From Candidatus Magasanikiibacteriota bacterium (lineage in GTDB: Bacteria > Patescibacteriota > Patescibacteriia > Magasanikbacterales > UBA922), in NCBI GenBank assembly GCA_018650645.1, contig JABIFP010000020.1, positions 8,385 to 72,384 on the forward strand: a stretch of 64,000 nucleotides of DNA. The letters run 5' to 3'. Position numbers and translations under genes: made by a program. Of the stretch, positions 37,771 through 46,980 are shown in pieces (positions within the stretch are counted from its first letter, which is position 1; every line of letters begins with the position of its first letter). Under the pieces are notes generated by a model. It was given only the letters and a program-made list of their open reading frames with translations. It did no database searches and was not told where the DNA came from.

Positions 37771-40446
37771 TTGATATTTATTATGCTCAAAAAGATCTCT
37801 TTTTTCATACTCTCATTCATTGGGTGTATGATCCTGATAACACCAACGTTTGCGGCGTCTACTTATTTTTCTGATGAATTCGATACCGTTGCGCATGCAG
37901 AACTAAGCACTCGCGTTCCAGACACAGGAACAAGTTGGTCACAACTTATTGATAATGGACGAGACCTCTATGTGCGTTCTTATAATGACCATGTTACTAC
38001 TGAATCGAATGGAAGCAATGTTGGGACACTCTATCAAGCAAATGGAACATATGACAGTGCGGATTACGAAATTCTTGCACGTATTGCTTTTTCTGGTGGA
38101 GACAGTAACTACACCCGTTCATTAGCTGTGCGTATTCAAGATGCTAGCAACATGTATTTGCTTAGAGCAGGATCTGGAGCATCCGGACTTGCCATTTATA
38201 AACGAACAGCAGGTACTTGGAGTTTACTCGGATCTACCAGCTATACGCCAACAGGTGATCTCTCTGTTCCATATAATGATGCCGGAGATATTATTGGACT
38301 GCGTGCTGAAGGAAATGACCTTAGCGCACTTGTAAATGGTACCGTGCAGCTTACGGTTACCGATTCAGATCACACGCTTGCAGGTTCTGCTGGTATTGGT
38401 ACGGGATATGTAAATATCTCAACAGATGATTCTGGAACAGGAGTTGGTATTGATAATGTAATTGTTCAAGATTTAGTTGATGACACAGCGCCAACCGTCT
38501 CATATTATAACCCAGCTGATAATGCTACAGGTGTTTCCGCAACATCTACCTTTGAAATTTCCTTTGATGAAGCGATTGTTACCAGTACTGGAAATATCTA
38601 TCTCTACAAAACAAGTGACGACTCGCTTATTGAAACGATTGATATTGAAAGCGCGCTTGTTACTGCTTCAAGCACTACAGCACTTGTCATTGATCCTGCT
38701 GCTGTGCTGATTAGTCAAACTGAATATTACTTTTTTATTGATGCAACGGCAGTAGATGATACCTCTGCCAATAGCTACGCTGGAATAACAGTAAGCACCA
38801 CATGGAGCTTTACTACAGCCGACACCACTGACCCAACACTGTTATATGTTAATCCGGCAGATAACGCAACGGGAGTTGGTGTTACCTCAACGTTTGAAAT
38901 TGCCTTTGATGAAGCAATCGCCACAAGTACCGGGAACATCTACATATATAAGACAAACGATAACTCACTTATTGAAACAATTGATATTGAGGGAGCACTT
39001 GTTACCGCTTCTAGCACAAACGCTCTCATCATTGACCCCGTAGCGACATTAGACAGCAATACAGAATATTATTTCCTTATTGATATCACTGCAATTGATG
39101 ACAGCGCTGGAAACAGTTATGCCGGAATTGCATTAAGCACTGCATGGAGCTTTACTACAACCGATACCGCGGCACCAACTATTTCTGGTGCATCTCCTAC
39201 CGGCGAGCAAGATGTTGGCACAGCCACCGTTACTGTTTCTGTTACAACAGACGAAGCTGCAACGTGCAAATATGCCGCCAGCGCAGGAGCTGCATTTGCT
39301 GCTAAAACAGTCTTCTCTTCTACCGGAGCAACAAGCCACACCACATCTGTATCTACTGAGGATGACACAAGCTACTCCTATTATGTGAGTTGCCAAGACG
39401 GTTCAACAAATGAGAGTACAGAAACAACTATTACTTTTTCCATTGCGGCTCCAGTAACTGGTGGCGGTGGATCTGCCCCTGCACCGGCTCCTTCTGTTGG
39501 TGTGGGTACGAGTGACGCATTTATTCCAATGGGGACTACAAAAGATATTGGACCTGTATCAGTGGAACCACTCAATATTCTAACGCATATCAACTCCCCT
39601 GCTGAATTTGAAGCCCCGGTAAGTGGTAGTGGTGCAATGCAACCTCATAGTTTTGAAATAACCGATTTTGATCTATTTGAAAACATCATTACATTAAAAA
39701 TTCAATCTGAACCGCAGTTTGTTACACTTTCTTTAAATGAAACGGCATCTGTTGATCTTGATGGAGATGGTATTGCTGATGTGTCACTTACATTTGAAGA
39801 TGTGGTAACAAATCGAGCTGAAATTACATTGCAAGTGCTTACCGAAGAATCAGAACTAACCATACCCGTTGAAGAGCTACCAAGTACACCGGTATCCCCT
39901 ACTCCAGTTGTCCCAAAAGAGCCAGCGGTATTTACTTTTACCAGAAACCTCTCACTTGGCATGCAAGGAACTGATGTACAAGAGCTGCAAAAGTATTTGA
40001 ATACGAAGGGATTCGCCGTTGCACAGGCAGGATACGGATCGGCTGGAAATGAAACAACCTACTTTGGTAATGCTACCAAATCGGCTCTTATCAAATATCA
40101 AACGGAGTACCAATTGCCAGCATACGGATACTTTGGCGATTTAACGCGCACGTTTATCATTAGTGGTGACGAACCACTCGCGATAAAGCAAACTGTACAA
40201 CCCAAAACGACCTGGTTGTTTACAAAAGATTTACGCCTTGGAGATCAAGATAGTGAAGTGCAATTACTGCAGCAATATTTAAATGCTCATGACTATATTG
40301 TCGCTGATAGTGGATACGGCTCGCCAGGAAACGAGACAACCTATTTCGGTGCAGCAACGCAAGCAGCTCTTATCAAGTATCAAGAGCAATACCGTTTGCC
40401 AGCATATGGATACTTTGGGCCGCTGACAAGATCGAGTGTAAAGTAA
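37771..40446 (+). CDS. large secreted cell-surface protein with tandem Ig-like (BIG-type) domains and two C-terminal peptidoglycan-binding domains
   Basis: Signal peptide, two full plus one partial repeat of about 113 aa (PTVSYYNPADNATGV...WSFTT), then two PG_binding_1-like modules (LSLGMQGTDVQELQKYLN... and LRLGDQDSEVQLLQQYLN...). Confidence 0.65.
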   Translation: MIFIMLKKISFFILSFIGCMILITPTFAASTYFSDEFDTVAHAELSTRVPDTGTSWSQLIDNGRDLYVRSYNDHVTTESNGSNVGTLYQANGTYDSADYEILARIAFSGGDSNYTRSLAVRIQDASNMYLLRAGSGASGLAIYKRTAGTWSLLGSTSYTPTGDLSVPYNDAGDIIGLRAEGNDLSALVNGTVQLTVTDSDHTLAGSAGIGTGYVNISTDDSGTGVGIDNVIVQDLVDDTAPTVSYYNPADNATGVSATSTFEISFDEAIVTSTGNIYLYKTSDDSLIETIDIESALVTASSTTALVIDPAAVLISQTEYYFFIDATAVDDTSANSYAGITVSTTWSFTTADTTDPTLLYVNPADNATGVGVTSTFEIAFDEAIATSTGNIYIYKTNDNSLIETIDIEGALVTASSTNALIIDPVATLDSNTEYYFLIDITAIDDSAGNSYAGIALSTAWSFTTTDTAAPTISGASPTGEQDVGTATVTVSVTTDEAATCKYAASAGAAFAAKTVFSSTGATSHTTSVSTEDDTSYSYYVSCQDGSTNESTETTITFSIAAPVTGGGGSAPAPAPSVGVGTSDAFIPMGTTKDIGPVSVEPLNILTHINSPAEFEAPVSGSGAMQPHSFEITDFDLFENIITLKIQSEPQFVTLSLNETASVDLDGDGIADVSLTFEDVVTNRAEITLQVLTEESELTIPVEELPSTPVSPTPVVPKEPAVFTFTRNLSLGMQGTDVQELQKYLNTKGFAVAQAGYGSAGNETTYFGNATKSALIKYQTEYQLPAYGYFGDLTRTFIISGDEPLAIKQTVQPKTTWLFTKDLRLGDQDSEVQLLQQYLNAHDYIVADSGYGSPGNETTYFGAATQAALIKYQEQYRLPAYGYFGPLTRSSVK
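38482..39162 (+). repeat. tandem repeat of about 340 bp, two copies (38482-38820 and 38821-39162), about 85% identical, encoding the Ig-like domains
   Basis: Direct nucleotide and protein repetition within the surface-protein gene. A third partial unit starts at 39163. Confidence 0.7.
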
Positions 40447-40484
40447 CAAAAAAAGACACTGCGCATGGCAGTGTCTTTTTTTTT
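40447..40484. terminator. bidirectional intrinsic terminator (A7, AGACACTGC gcatg GCAGTGTCT, T8)
   Basis: Perfect 9-bp stem between convergent genes. The T-run overlaps the ppa stop. Confidence 0.65.
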
Positions 40485-41001
40485 AATGTTTTTCAGTATA
40501 TAGCGCAACCGATTTATCATACGCTGCCATAGCTGCGGCAGCATCTTCAAATCCATTCACTTCCACCTCTTTGTTTTGCAGTTTCTTGTAATTTTCAAAG
40601 TAATGAGAGATGACTTTCAGTGTATGCGGATTAACATCTGATAAATCCTGCACACCATTCCATCGTGGATCTTCAACTGGCACACCAATTACTTTGTCGT
40701 CAGATTCACCGTCATCAATCATACGCATTACACCAACCGGCCGAACAGCTACCAAAATTCCTGGTAAAAGCGGCTCAGTCGTTAACACAATCATATCAAG
40801 TGCATCACCATCATCCCACAGTGTTTGCGGTACAAATCCATAATCAAACGGATATGGCTGCCCAGTGTGAGCAACTCTATCTAACGCAATCATCCCTGTT
40901 TCTTTATCAATTTCATATTTATTGAGCGATCCTTTTGGAATCTCAATAATCGTATTCATTTTTTCTCTAGTCCCTCTTGGAACATCATGCCACAAGTTCA
41001 T
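40483..41001 (-). CDS. ppa: inorganic pyrophosphatase
   Basis: YPFDYGFVPQTLWDDGDALDMIVL family-I PPase signature (DxDxD). Confidence 0.9.
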   Translation of the reverse strand: MNLWHDVPRGTREKMNTIIEIPKGSLNKYEIDKETGMIALDRVAHTGQPYPFDYGFVPQTLWDDGDALDMIVLTTEPLLPGILVAVRPVGVMRMIDDGESDDKVIGVPVEDPRWNGVQDLSDVNPHTLKVISHYFENYKKLQNKEVEVNGFEDAAAAMAAYDKSVALYTEKH

Positions 41002-41064
41002 AGTAATGGTATTAATTCAATGTACTTAGAATAGCAAAATGATGTAAAAAAGCAACCCTAGCCC

Positions 41065-41093
41065 TTGACTCTTTCCCTTATTTTTGTTATTAA
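41065..41093 (+). promoter_or_regulatory. sigma70-like promoter TTGACT, 17-bp spacer, TATTAA at the left edge of the nhaA islet
   Basis: -35 embedded in CCCTAGCCCTTGACT, nearly identical to the motif at 30666-30680. Confidence 0.35.
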
Positions 41094-41224
41094 AGGTGGA
41101 CGACAGGCCTGGAGGATCTGTTCGATCTTTACAGGCAAGTATACAATTTTTCGGAATGCGCTCGTGTTCCAAACAACAAGTACGTTACAAACTGCGTACA
41201 GGAATGAAAGAGAAGGTGCGATAA

Positions 41225-42514
41225 GTGCTGAAACTGCTAGATTCAACCTTGGGGCTGCTTGGAATAAAGCGGCTCAACAAGATGTTCGCTCACAGCGGGA
41301 TCTTCATGCTCGTCGGATTGGCGTGCACACAAGTTCTCCGCTACACCGCGCCGGAAATGCTCGATGGGATTCTACAAGCAGAGTTCCTGAGCAATCACTA
41401 CTTCGGCCACGATCACGGAGATGGACACTACGTCCTCTCGCTGCCGTTCCTCGTGAACGACTTCTTCATTGCCTTCTTCTTTGGCATTGCCTTCAAGGAG
41501 GTGAAAGAAGCGATCTTCCTGCCGGGCGGCGCCCTCCAGGGTAAAAAGGCATACGTGCCGATCTCTGGAACGCTTGGTGGTGTTCTTGGACCTGCGGGAG
41601 TCTTCCTGCTGGCCGTGGCACTCCTTGGGAAGTGGACGTTGATGTGGCGAGGGTTCGCCATCCCCATGGCGACGGACATCGCGTTCACCTACCTGTTCGC
41701 GAAAATGATCTTCCCGGACGTTCAGCAAGCTGACGGCACAATGAAGAAGCATCGCATGGTCTCATTCGGGCTGGCCCTGGCCATCCTGGATGACCTGATC
41801 GGTATGGCGATGATCGCCTTCTTCTACAACGACGGCATCGACATGTTCTGGCTAGGACTCTTCGGGGCGACGATCCCCCTCGGGATCCTGATGAACCGAC
41901 TGAAGGTGCAAGGCTGGGGCTGGTACATTGTGCTCCTCGGCCTGCCCGGAATCTACTTCTTGTTCCACTCGGGTTTGCACCCGTCGCTGGGACTCGCTGT
42001 AGCGGTTTTCTGCATGCCCACTAAGGGGCGTGACGAAGACGGGATAGTGGCAGAAGGGACAGCGGAAAACGTGCACCATTCGGCTACGGCTGACAGGTAT
42101 GAACATCAGACGGCCGTGCCCGTGGAGTACATCCTTGGCGCGTTCGCCTTTGTGAATGCCGGTGTCAACATGGTGCAGGGCTTCAACACCCTCACCTTCG
42201 TGGTGCTTGGCTCGCTGATTATTGGCAAGGGCCTGTTCATCTGGGCCTTCACACGCATTGCGCAGAGGTTCTGGGAGTTCGAGGCAAGCAGCAGCGAAGT
42301 CATGACCCTGGCACTCGCGGCGGGAATTGGCTTCACGGTCAGTCTCTTCGTTGCCAGCTTGGCATACGCCCCTGGGGCTCTCCAAGATGGCGCAAAGATC
42401 GGTGCAGCGCTCTCGCTCATTGCGGGGCCCATGGCGATGGTCTACGCACGCATGTTCCATGTTGGACGATGGAGTCGGGAAATCGATTCCACGCGGCGCG
42501 CTGTGCTCCAGTAG
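41225..42514 (+). CDS. nhaA: Na+/H+ antiporter NhaA, in a GC-rich islet (about 60% GC)
   Basis: WRGFAIPMATDIAF and LAILDDLIGMAMIAFFY match the NhaA TM4/TM5 signature regions. The start may be the GTG at 41225 or the ATG at 41282. Confidence 0.75.
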   Translation: MLKLLDSTLGLLGIKRLNKMFAHSGIFMLVGLACTQVLRYTAPEMLDGILQAEFLSNHYFGHDHGDGHYVLSLPFLVNDFFIAFFFGIAFKEVKEAIFLPGGALQGKKAYVPISGTLGGVLGPAGVFLLAVALLGKWTLMWRGFAIPMATDIAFTYLFAKMIFPDVQQADGTMKKHRMVSFGLALAILDDLIGMAMIAFFYNDGIDMFWLGLFGATIPLGILMNRLKVQGWGWYIVLLGLPGIYFLFHSGLHPSLGLAVAVFCMPTKGRDEDGIVAEGTAENVHHSATADRYEHQTAVPVEYILGAFAFVNAGVNMVQGFNTLTFVVLGSLIIGKGLFIWAFTRIAQRFWEFEASSSEVMTLALAAGIGFTVSLFVASLAYAPGALQDGAKIGAALSLIAGPMAMVYARMFHVGRWSREIDSTRRAVLQ

Positions 42515-42622
42515 CATTCGCTAGCAGTCGCATCATCCAGCACACGGTGTTAGAGCTACCTACGAGTGCTCTCACCACTCCGCTTCAGCGGGGTGGGTTG
42601 GGAAGAGTGTATACTTGCCCAG

Positions 42623-42676
42623 CAAACAGTTATTTGAAGTAATGTTCAGAACACTGTTTGCTGATTACTTCAAAAT
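42623..42676 (+). repeat. two interleaved inverted repeats (A1 caaacagtt, B1 atttgaagtaat, A2 acactgtttg, B2 attacttcaaaat)
   Basis: The arms occur in the order A1-B1-A2-B2, which gives pseudoknot-like or alternative-hairpin potential. They lie at the junction between the GC-rich nhaA islet and the AT-rich DUF805 gene. Confidence 0.4.
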
Positions 42677-42746
42677 TTATTCGATGATATCTGCGTAGTA
42701 TGCTATACTTTGCGCATATTATAGTTATTATTTTTCACCACACTCT

Positions 42747-43118
42747 ATGGGGCACTTCCTTAACGCAATGAAGAAGTACGCGACATTTTCAGGTCGCGCA
42801 AGACGAGCAGAATATTGGTACTTTGAACTCGTTTTCTGTGTTATTTACTTTGCACTACTCTTTCTTGGACCAAGCGTTCATGAATCATTCATGATTCTTG
42901 CTGGATTCTTTGGACTCGCGATGCTGCTTCCTGCATTAGCTGTTACTGCAAGAAGACTCCATGATGTAGATAAAAGCGGTTGGATGATGCTTATCGGTTT
43001 TGTTCCTATCATTGGACAGATCTGGCTCCTCGTTCTATATGTCACTCCAGGAACACAAGGACCAAACCACTACGGACCAGACCCACTCGCTGGGCCAGGT
43101 GCAGCACCACAAATGTAA
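42747..43118 (+). CDS. DUF805 family inner-membrane protein
   Basis: GRARRAEYWYF...RRLHDVDKSGWMMLIGFVPIIGQIWLLVL matches the conserved DUF805 pattern. Confidence 0.65.
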   Translation: MGHFLNAMKKYATFSGRARRAEYWYFELVFCVIYFALLFLGPSVHESFMILAGFFGLAMLLPALAVTARRLHDVDKSGWMMLIGFVPIIGQIWLLVLYVTPGTQGPNHYGPDPLAGPGAAPQM

Positions 43119-43130
43119 TTATCAAACAAA

Positions 43131-43159
43131 AAACAGCGGCACTTGCCGTTGTTTTTTTT
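43131..43159 (+). terminator. intrinsic terminator (ACAGCGGC actt GCCGTTGT, T7)
   Basis: An 8-bp stem with one GU pair and a T-run between the DUF805 gene and truB. Confidence 0.45.
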
Positions 43160-43186
43160 AGTCATTTACGCTAGTATATCTCTACT

Positions 43187-43885
43187 ATGATACAAGAAGC
43201 CCCTTCGGGATTCCTCCTTATTGATAAACCAACCGATTGGACAAGCCATGATGTTGTTGGGTATCTGCGGGGAGTGACTGGTATTAGAAAAATTGGACAC
43301 GCCGGCACACTTGATCCATTTGCCACAGGGCTTCTTATTGTTGCTGTGAGTAGGGCTGCAACAAAACGAATCGATGAATTTCAGGGCATGACCAAAATAT
43401 ATGAAACGACTCTTCAGTTTGGTTCTTCAAGTGATACGCAGGATTTGACTGGTGTTCTTTCTGAAGTTGCTCCACTAGATGACATAACACTCGATGAATC
43501 CGTAGTACTAAAAACACTTCTAGCGTTTACCGGAACAATTCAGCAGATTCCCCCAATGTATAGCGCAAAAAAAGTTGGTGGCAAGAAATTATACGAACTC
43601 GCCAGAGAAGGAAAAGAAATTGAGCGCCAACCGGTTGAGATTAATATAGATACGCTAGAACTGCTCGGCATTGATACAGAGAAAAAAATGCTATCCCTGC
43701 GCGTTGTCTGTTCAAAGGGAACCTACATCCGCACACTGTGTCATGATATTGGAGCTGCGCTTGGGTTTGGTGGGTATTGTGCTACTCTTAGAAGAACGCA
43801 TATTGGTGAATTTTCTGTAGAACAAGCCGTAGAACCAAAATCTTTAGAAAAAACATCCTGGCAAAAACGATTACTTGCGCTGTAG
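43187..43885 (+). CDS. truB: tRNA pseudouridine-55 synthase
   Basis: GFLLIDKP...HAGTLDPFATGLL catalytic Asp motif. No PUA extension. Confidence 0.9.
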   Translation: MIQEAPSGFLLIDKPTDWTSHDVVGYLRGVTGIRKIGHAGTLDPFATGLLIVAVSRAATKRIDEFQGMTKIYETTLQFGSSSDTQDLTGVLSEVAPLDDITLDESVVLKTLLAFTGTIQQIPPMYSAKKVGGKKLYELAREGKEIERQPVEINIDTLELLGIDTEKKMLSLRVVCSKGTYIRTLCHDIGAALGFGGYCATLRRTHIGEFSVEQAVEPKSLEKTSWQKRLLAL

Positions 43886-43892
43886 TTTGCGT

Positions 43893-43959
43893 GTACTCCG
43901 CTGATACGCAATAGCAAACCGATGTGCCTCATCTCTGAGCGCTATACGCTCTTTTTTAT
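43893..43959 (+). repeat. 67-bp direct-repeat copy A, a duplicate of the uvrC 3' end
   Basis: gtactccgctgatacgcaatagcaaaccgatgtgc...tctgagcgctata.gctcttttttat matches 46998-47064 (the real uvrC C-terminal codons) with about 3 mismatches. Confidence 0.7.
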
Positions 43960-44007
43960 TTATCTCTACTTTGTAGTATACTGAACGCAATATATTTACT
44001 TGTTTCT

Positions 44008-44166
44008 ATGGCATCTATTGCACAACAAATCGCTGATCGAAAAGCACTTTACCGCAAAAACATGGGCCAATTGAAAAAAAGGCGCACGTTACTTCTAAAA
44101 CGATTAGCAAAAAAAATTAGCAGTCATAGTTTGCAAAAAACAAAATCATCTATTGAAAAAATATAA
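44008..44166 (+). CDS. candidate 52-aa basic small protein (not in the 60-aa ORF track)
   Basis: ATG...TAA ORF MASIAQQIADRKALYRKNMGQLKKRRTLLLKRLAKKISSHSLQKTKSSIEKI immediately upstream of the coiled-coil gene. No clear Shine-Dalgarno sequence. Confidence 0.2.
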   Translation: MASIAQQIADRKALYRKNMGQLKKRRTLLLKRLAKKISSHSLQKTKSSIEKI

Positions 44167-44175
44167 CTACTTCTT

Positions 44176-46926
44176 ATGGCCTCACCAGAAGAAAACAGCG
44201 TTCATGAAGCTGAAAAATCAAGAAGTGAAGCTGCTGAAGCTACGCCACAAACCTCAGAGGACTTTCGTGAAGCATTAGCCGCAGACATGGGCGTGACCAC
44301 CCAAACATTTGAGCATCTCAAAACTGATGCTGAGCTAGCAGGACTTACTCCAGAAGAAATTGCGGAGTATGGTGCTGCGCTGGATCAGATTCATGAGCAG
44401 ATGAGAAAAGAGACCGAACGGCTAACTGCAGAGTTAGCGGATCTGCATGAACAGCTAAAGGCAGAAAAAGATGCTGCTGACGCTCTGAAGATACTAGACC
44501 TGGATACATCAGAAACAGAAGCCGGTATCTCAGAAAAAGAAGAGTTAACACGTGAACTTGAGCAAACACTTGAAAAAGCAGCACAAAATGCAGCCAAGGT
44601 AACAGAAAACAAAGAGCGGCTTACCGAAATGGAAAGAGGAAAAGTACGAAATATTGAAAAATTTGCAGAACTTGAGCGCGCTCTGCCACGCGCTGGTATT
44701 GATGGTCCCCAGTTAATCCGAAAAGCGTTAGATGCAGATTTTTTAGAAGACTATGCTGATACCCATATTACTCAGCTAGATGCGTACGCTAAAACACTCA
44801 CAGAAAAAAATAAGGCGGCACTTACAGCCCTGCAAGAGAAACATGCAGCGACAGAAGCAGAACGTGTCCAGAAATTTACGGCTTCTGAAGATGTACAGAA
44901 TTTGAAAAGCGCTCTCAAAGCGAAACAAGAAGCCTTCGCAAAGATGCATGCTCAACTTACGCCAGAGCAAATAGCAGCGGTTGAGACAGCGGTTGCCGCG
45001 CTTCAAAAAAACATTGAAACACAAGAGCAGCAGGAGCTGCAAGCATACAAAGATACACACGCAGCGCCCCTTCAGGCTGCAAAACATGAGGCCTTACGTG
45101 CATTCATTAAAAACACTATTCCCGATTCTGAAATTGAGCGGTTAATTGAGACAGGTGAATTACAATCTGATGAATTAGCGCACAGAATTGGAACACTTAT
45201 GGCCCCAGAAGCCATAGAGAATTTTGATCAAAAAATGGCAGTTTTGCTTCCAGAAAAAGTCATTGAGGGTATTCTAGATCAAATTCCTCCTGGACATTAT
45301 AGGGACTCTAGAACTCCTTACAAAATGTCTCACGTCTTATACAACTATCCTGCATTTTTGGAAGAGAAATTGCGACGATCTGAGGAAGGCAATCGTAGTA
45401 TCCAACAATTTATGGATGCATTTGCGCAATTGAACCAGGAATTCAAAGAGGCTGAAGCGTTGTTGATAGATCTACCCAGCAGAGATCGAATATTGAAAAG
45501 TAATGCATTACTCAAAGAACTATGGCCAAAGCTACATAAAGAGCTACAGGCAGCACATGGTTTATCTAGGGACAATATTCCCAATTTAAACCATTATCTT
45601 GACGGAGATATTGAAAAAGCATGGGAAGAATCCGATTCCGGAGTAGGACCAGCTTACTCAACAAGACAGGTGCAGGCTGAGATAGAACAGGCAATAGCAC
45701 TGGGAGTCAAGGCATATCAGGACCGCTGGTGGCATCCAGAAAAGGATGACAGAAAAAAACTTGCCGAGGCAAATGAGAAACAGCGTTCGGATAGCTATGA
45801 TCCACACTATAACTTAACAACCGTTCAGGAATACGAAGCAGACAGACAAGAGATTGGTAGCATAGACGCTACAATTGATGCTACATTCACCAAGGCAAAT
45901 AAGGTGGCCGCTGAAGCCGCTGCTGCATCGGAGCGAATTCAAACAGAGGGTCGGCAAAAGATGGAAGAAATCACAGCCAAGTTCGCAAAAATTCAAGAAA
46001 AGATGGAGAGCAGTGATACTACTGTTGAAGACATGTATGCGGCCCAAAAATGGATTGAGCATGCAACACGTCAGATAACAGACGATATCAAAAAAGATGA
46101 AATGACTACAAAGCAGGATCTGCTTAAAAAGCATCCTATCATCTCTCAGCATGAGCTACGAACACGTGTAGATGAGCTCATAACATTAGGCAAAAGCACA
46201 AAATCAGAACTTGCCGCTGAATACGAGAGCGAACGGTGGAAAGCAGAGGCCCTTGTGTCTCAAGCATTTCCTCTACTTCCTGAAGATTTTTTTAGCGCAT
46301 TTGATAAAGCCAGTTCCAGTGCGGCTAGAGACGCGAAAGAGAAAATTAAAGAAAGAAACCGGGAAATTGAACGTGATAAGCAAAGAGCTATTGAGGAAAG
46401 TGAACGAAAAGCAAAGCAAGAAGAACGCGATGAAAAGAAGCGAATTTGGAATCAAAATGTCAATCAAAATGAAAAAAAGACACTGCTACATGAAATAAAT
46501 CGCTATTCTTTTTCCCAACAAAGAGATCTCGAGGATTTTAAAGAAAAATATGAACCTAAACTAAAGCGTGCTGCTGATTTTATCTCGAGATTGAAAACCG
46601 CAAAAACTAAATTCTCTTTATTTACTAGAACTATAAACCTCCATGATTTAGGTGGAACTGAGGTGGGTATAACCAAAAAAAATGTCGATGATTTCATCTT
46701 ACGAGCTATACAAAATCAGGCTGCTATCATTGAAGAAATGAAACAAGAGAAAAATGCTGTATTGATTACACGTGACGAACGAGTTAAAAAAACTTTAGAA
46801 CAGACAAAAAATAAGTTCGCATCAGAGGAAGGATACGAAGAAGCAAAAAAGCAAGCGTATGAAAATCACAGGGGTAATAGATCAAGATTGGAGAAAGCTT
46901 TGCTTGAATTTATAGATGCAAATTAA
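44176..46926 (+). CDS. 916-aa highly charged (E/K/A-rich) coiled-coil protein, no TM helix or signal peptide, function unknown
   Basis: Continuous ORF with heptad-like periodicity, no enzymatic motif, flanked by the uvrC-end direct repeats. Confidence 0.55.
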   Translation: MASPEENSVHEAEKSRSEAAEATPQTSEDFREALAADMGVTTQTFEHLKTDAELAGLTPEEIAEYGAALDQIHEQMRKETERLTAELADLHEQLKAEKDAADALKILDLDTSETEAGISEKEELTRELEQTLEKAAQNAAKVTENKERLTEMERGKVRNIEKFAELERALPRAGIDGPQLIRKALDADFLEDYADTHITQLDAYAKTLTEKNKAALTALQEKHAATEAERVQKFTASEDVQNLKSALKAKQEAFAKMHAQLTPEQIAAVETAVAALQKNIETQEQQELQAYKDTHAAPLQAAKHEALRAFIKNTIPDSEIERLIETGELQSDELAHRIGTLMAPEAIENFDQKMAVLLPEKVIEGILDQIPPGHYRDSRTPYKMSHVLYNYPAFLEEKLRRSEEGNRSIQQFMDAFAQLNQEFKEAEALLIDLPSRDRILKSNALLKELWPKLHKELQAAHGLSRDNIPNLNHYLDGDIEKAWEESDSGVGPAYSTRQVQAEIEQAIALGVKAYQDRWWHPEKDDRKKLAEANEKQRSDSYDPHYNLTTVQEYEADRQEIGSIDATIDATFTKANKVAAEAAAASERIQTEGRQKMEEITAKFAKIQEKMESSDTTVEDMYAAQKWIEHATRQITDDIKKDEMTTKQDLLKKHPIISQHELRTRVDELITLGKSTKSELAAEYESERWKAEALVSQAFPLLPEDFFSAFDKASSSAARDAKEKIKERNREIERDKQRAIEESERKAKQEERDEKKRIWNQNVNQNEKKTLLHEINRYSFSQQRDLEDFKEKYEPKLKRAADFISRLKTAKTKFSLFTRTINLHDLGGTEVGITKKNVDDFILRAIQNQAAIIEEMKQEKNAVLITRDERVKKTLEQTKNKFASEEGYEEAKKQAYENHRGNRSRLEKALLEFIDAN

Positions 46927-46950
46927 TAAACCAACCTGTAATTCAATAAT

Positions 46951-46980
46951 AAAAACACCAGACCACTTCTCTGGTGTTTT
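46951..46980. terminator. bidirectional intrinsic terminator (ACACCAG ... CTGGTGT)
   Basis: Hairpin between the coiled-coil gene stop and the uvrC stop, with T-runs on both strands. Confidence 0.5.

Noticed and set aside
39117-39962. Minus-strand ORFs within the surface-protein gene
   Set aside because: They are antisense to the repeat-containing gene, and their Ala/Val/Thr-rich composition mirrors the sense-strand codons.
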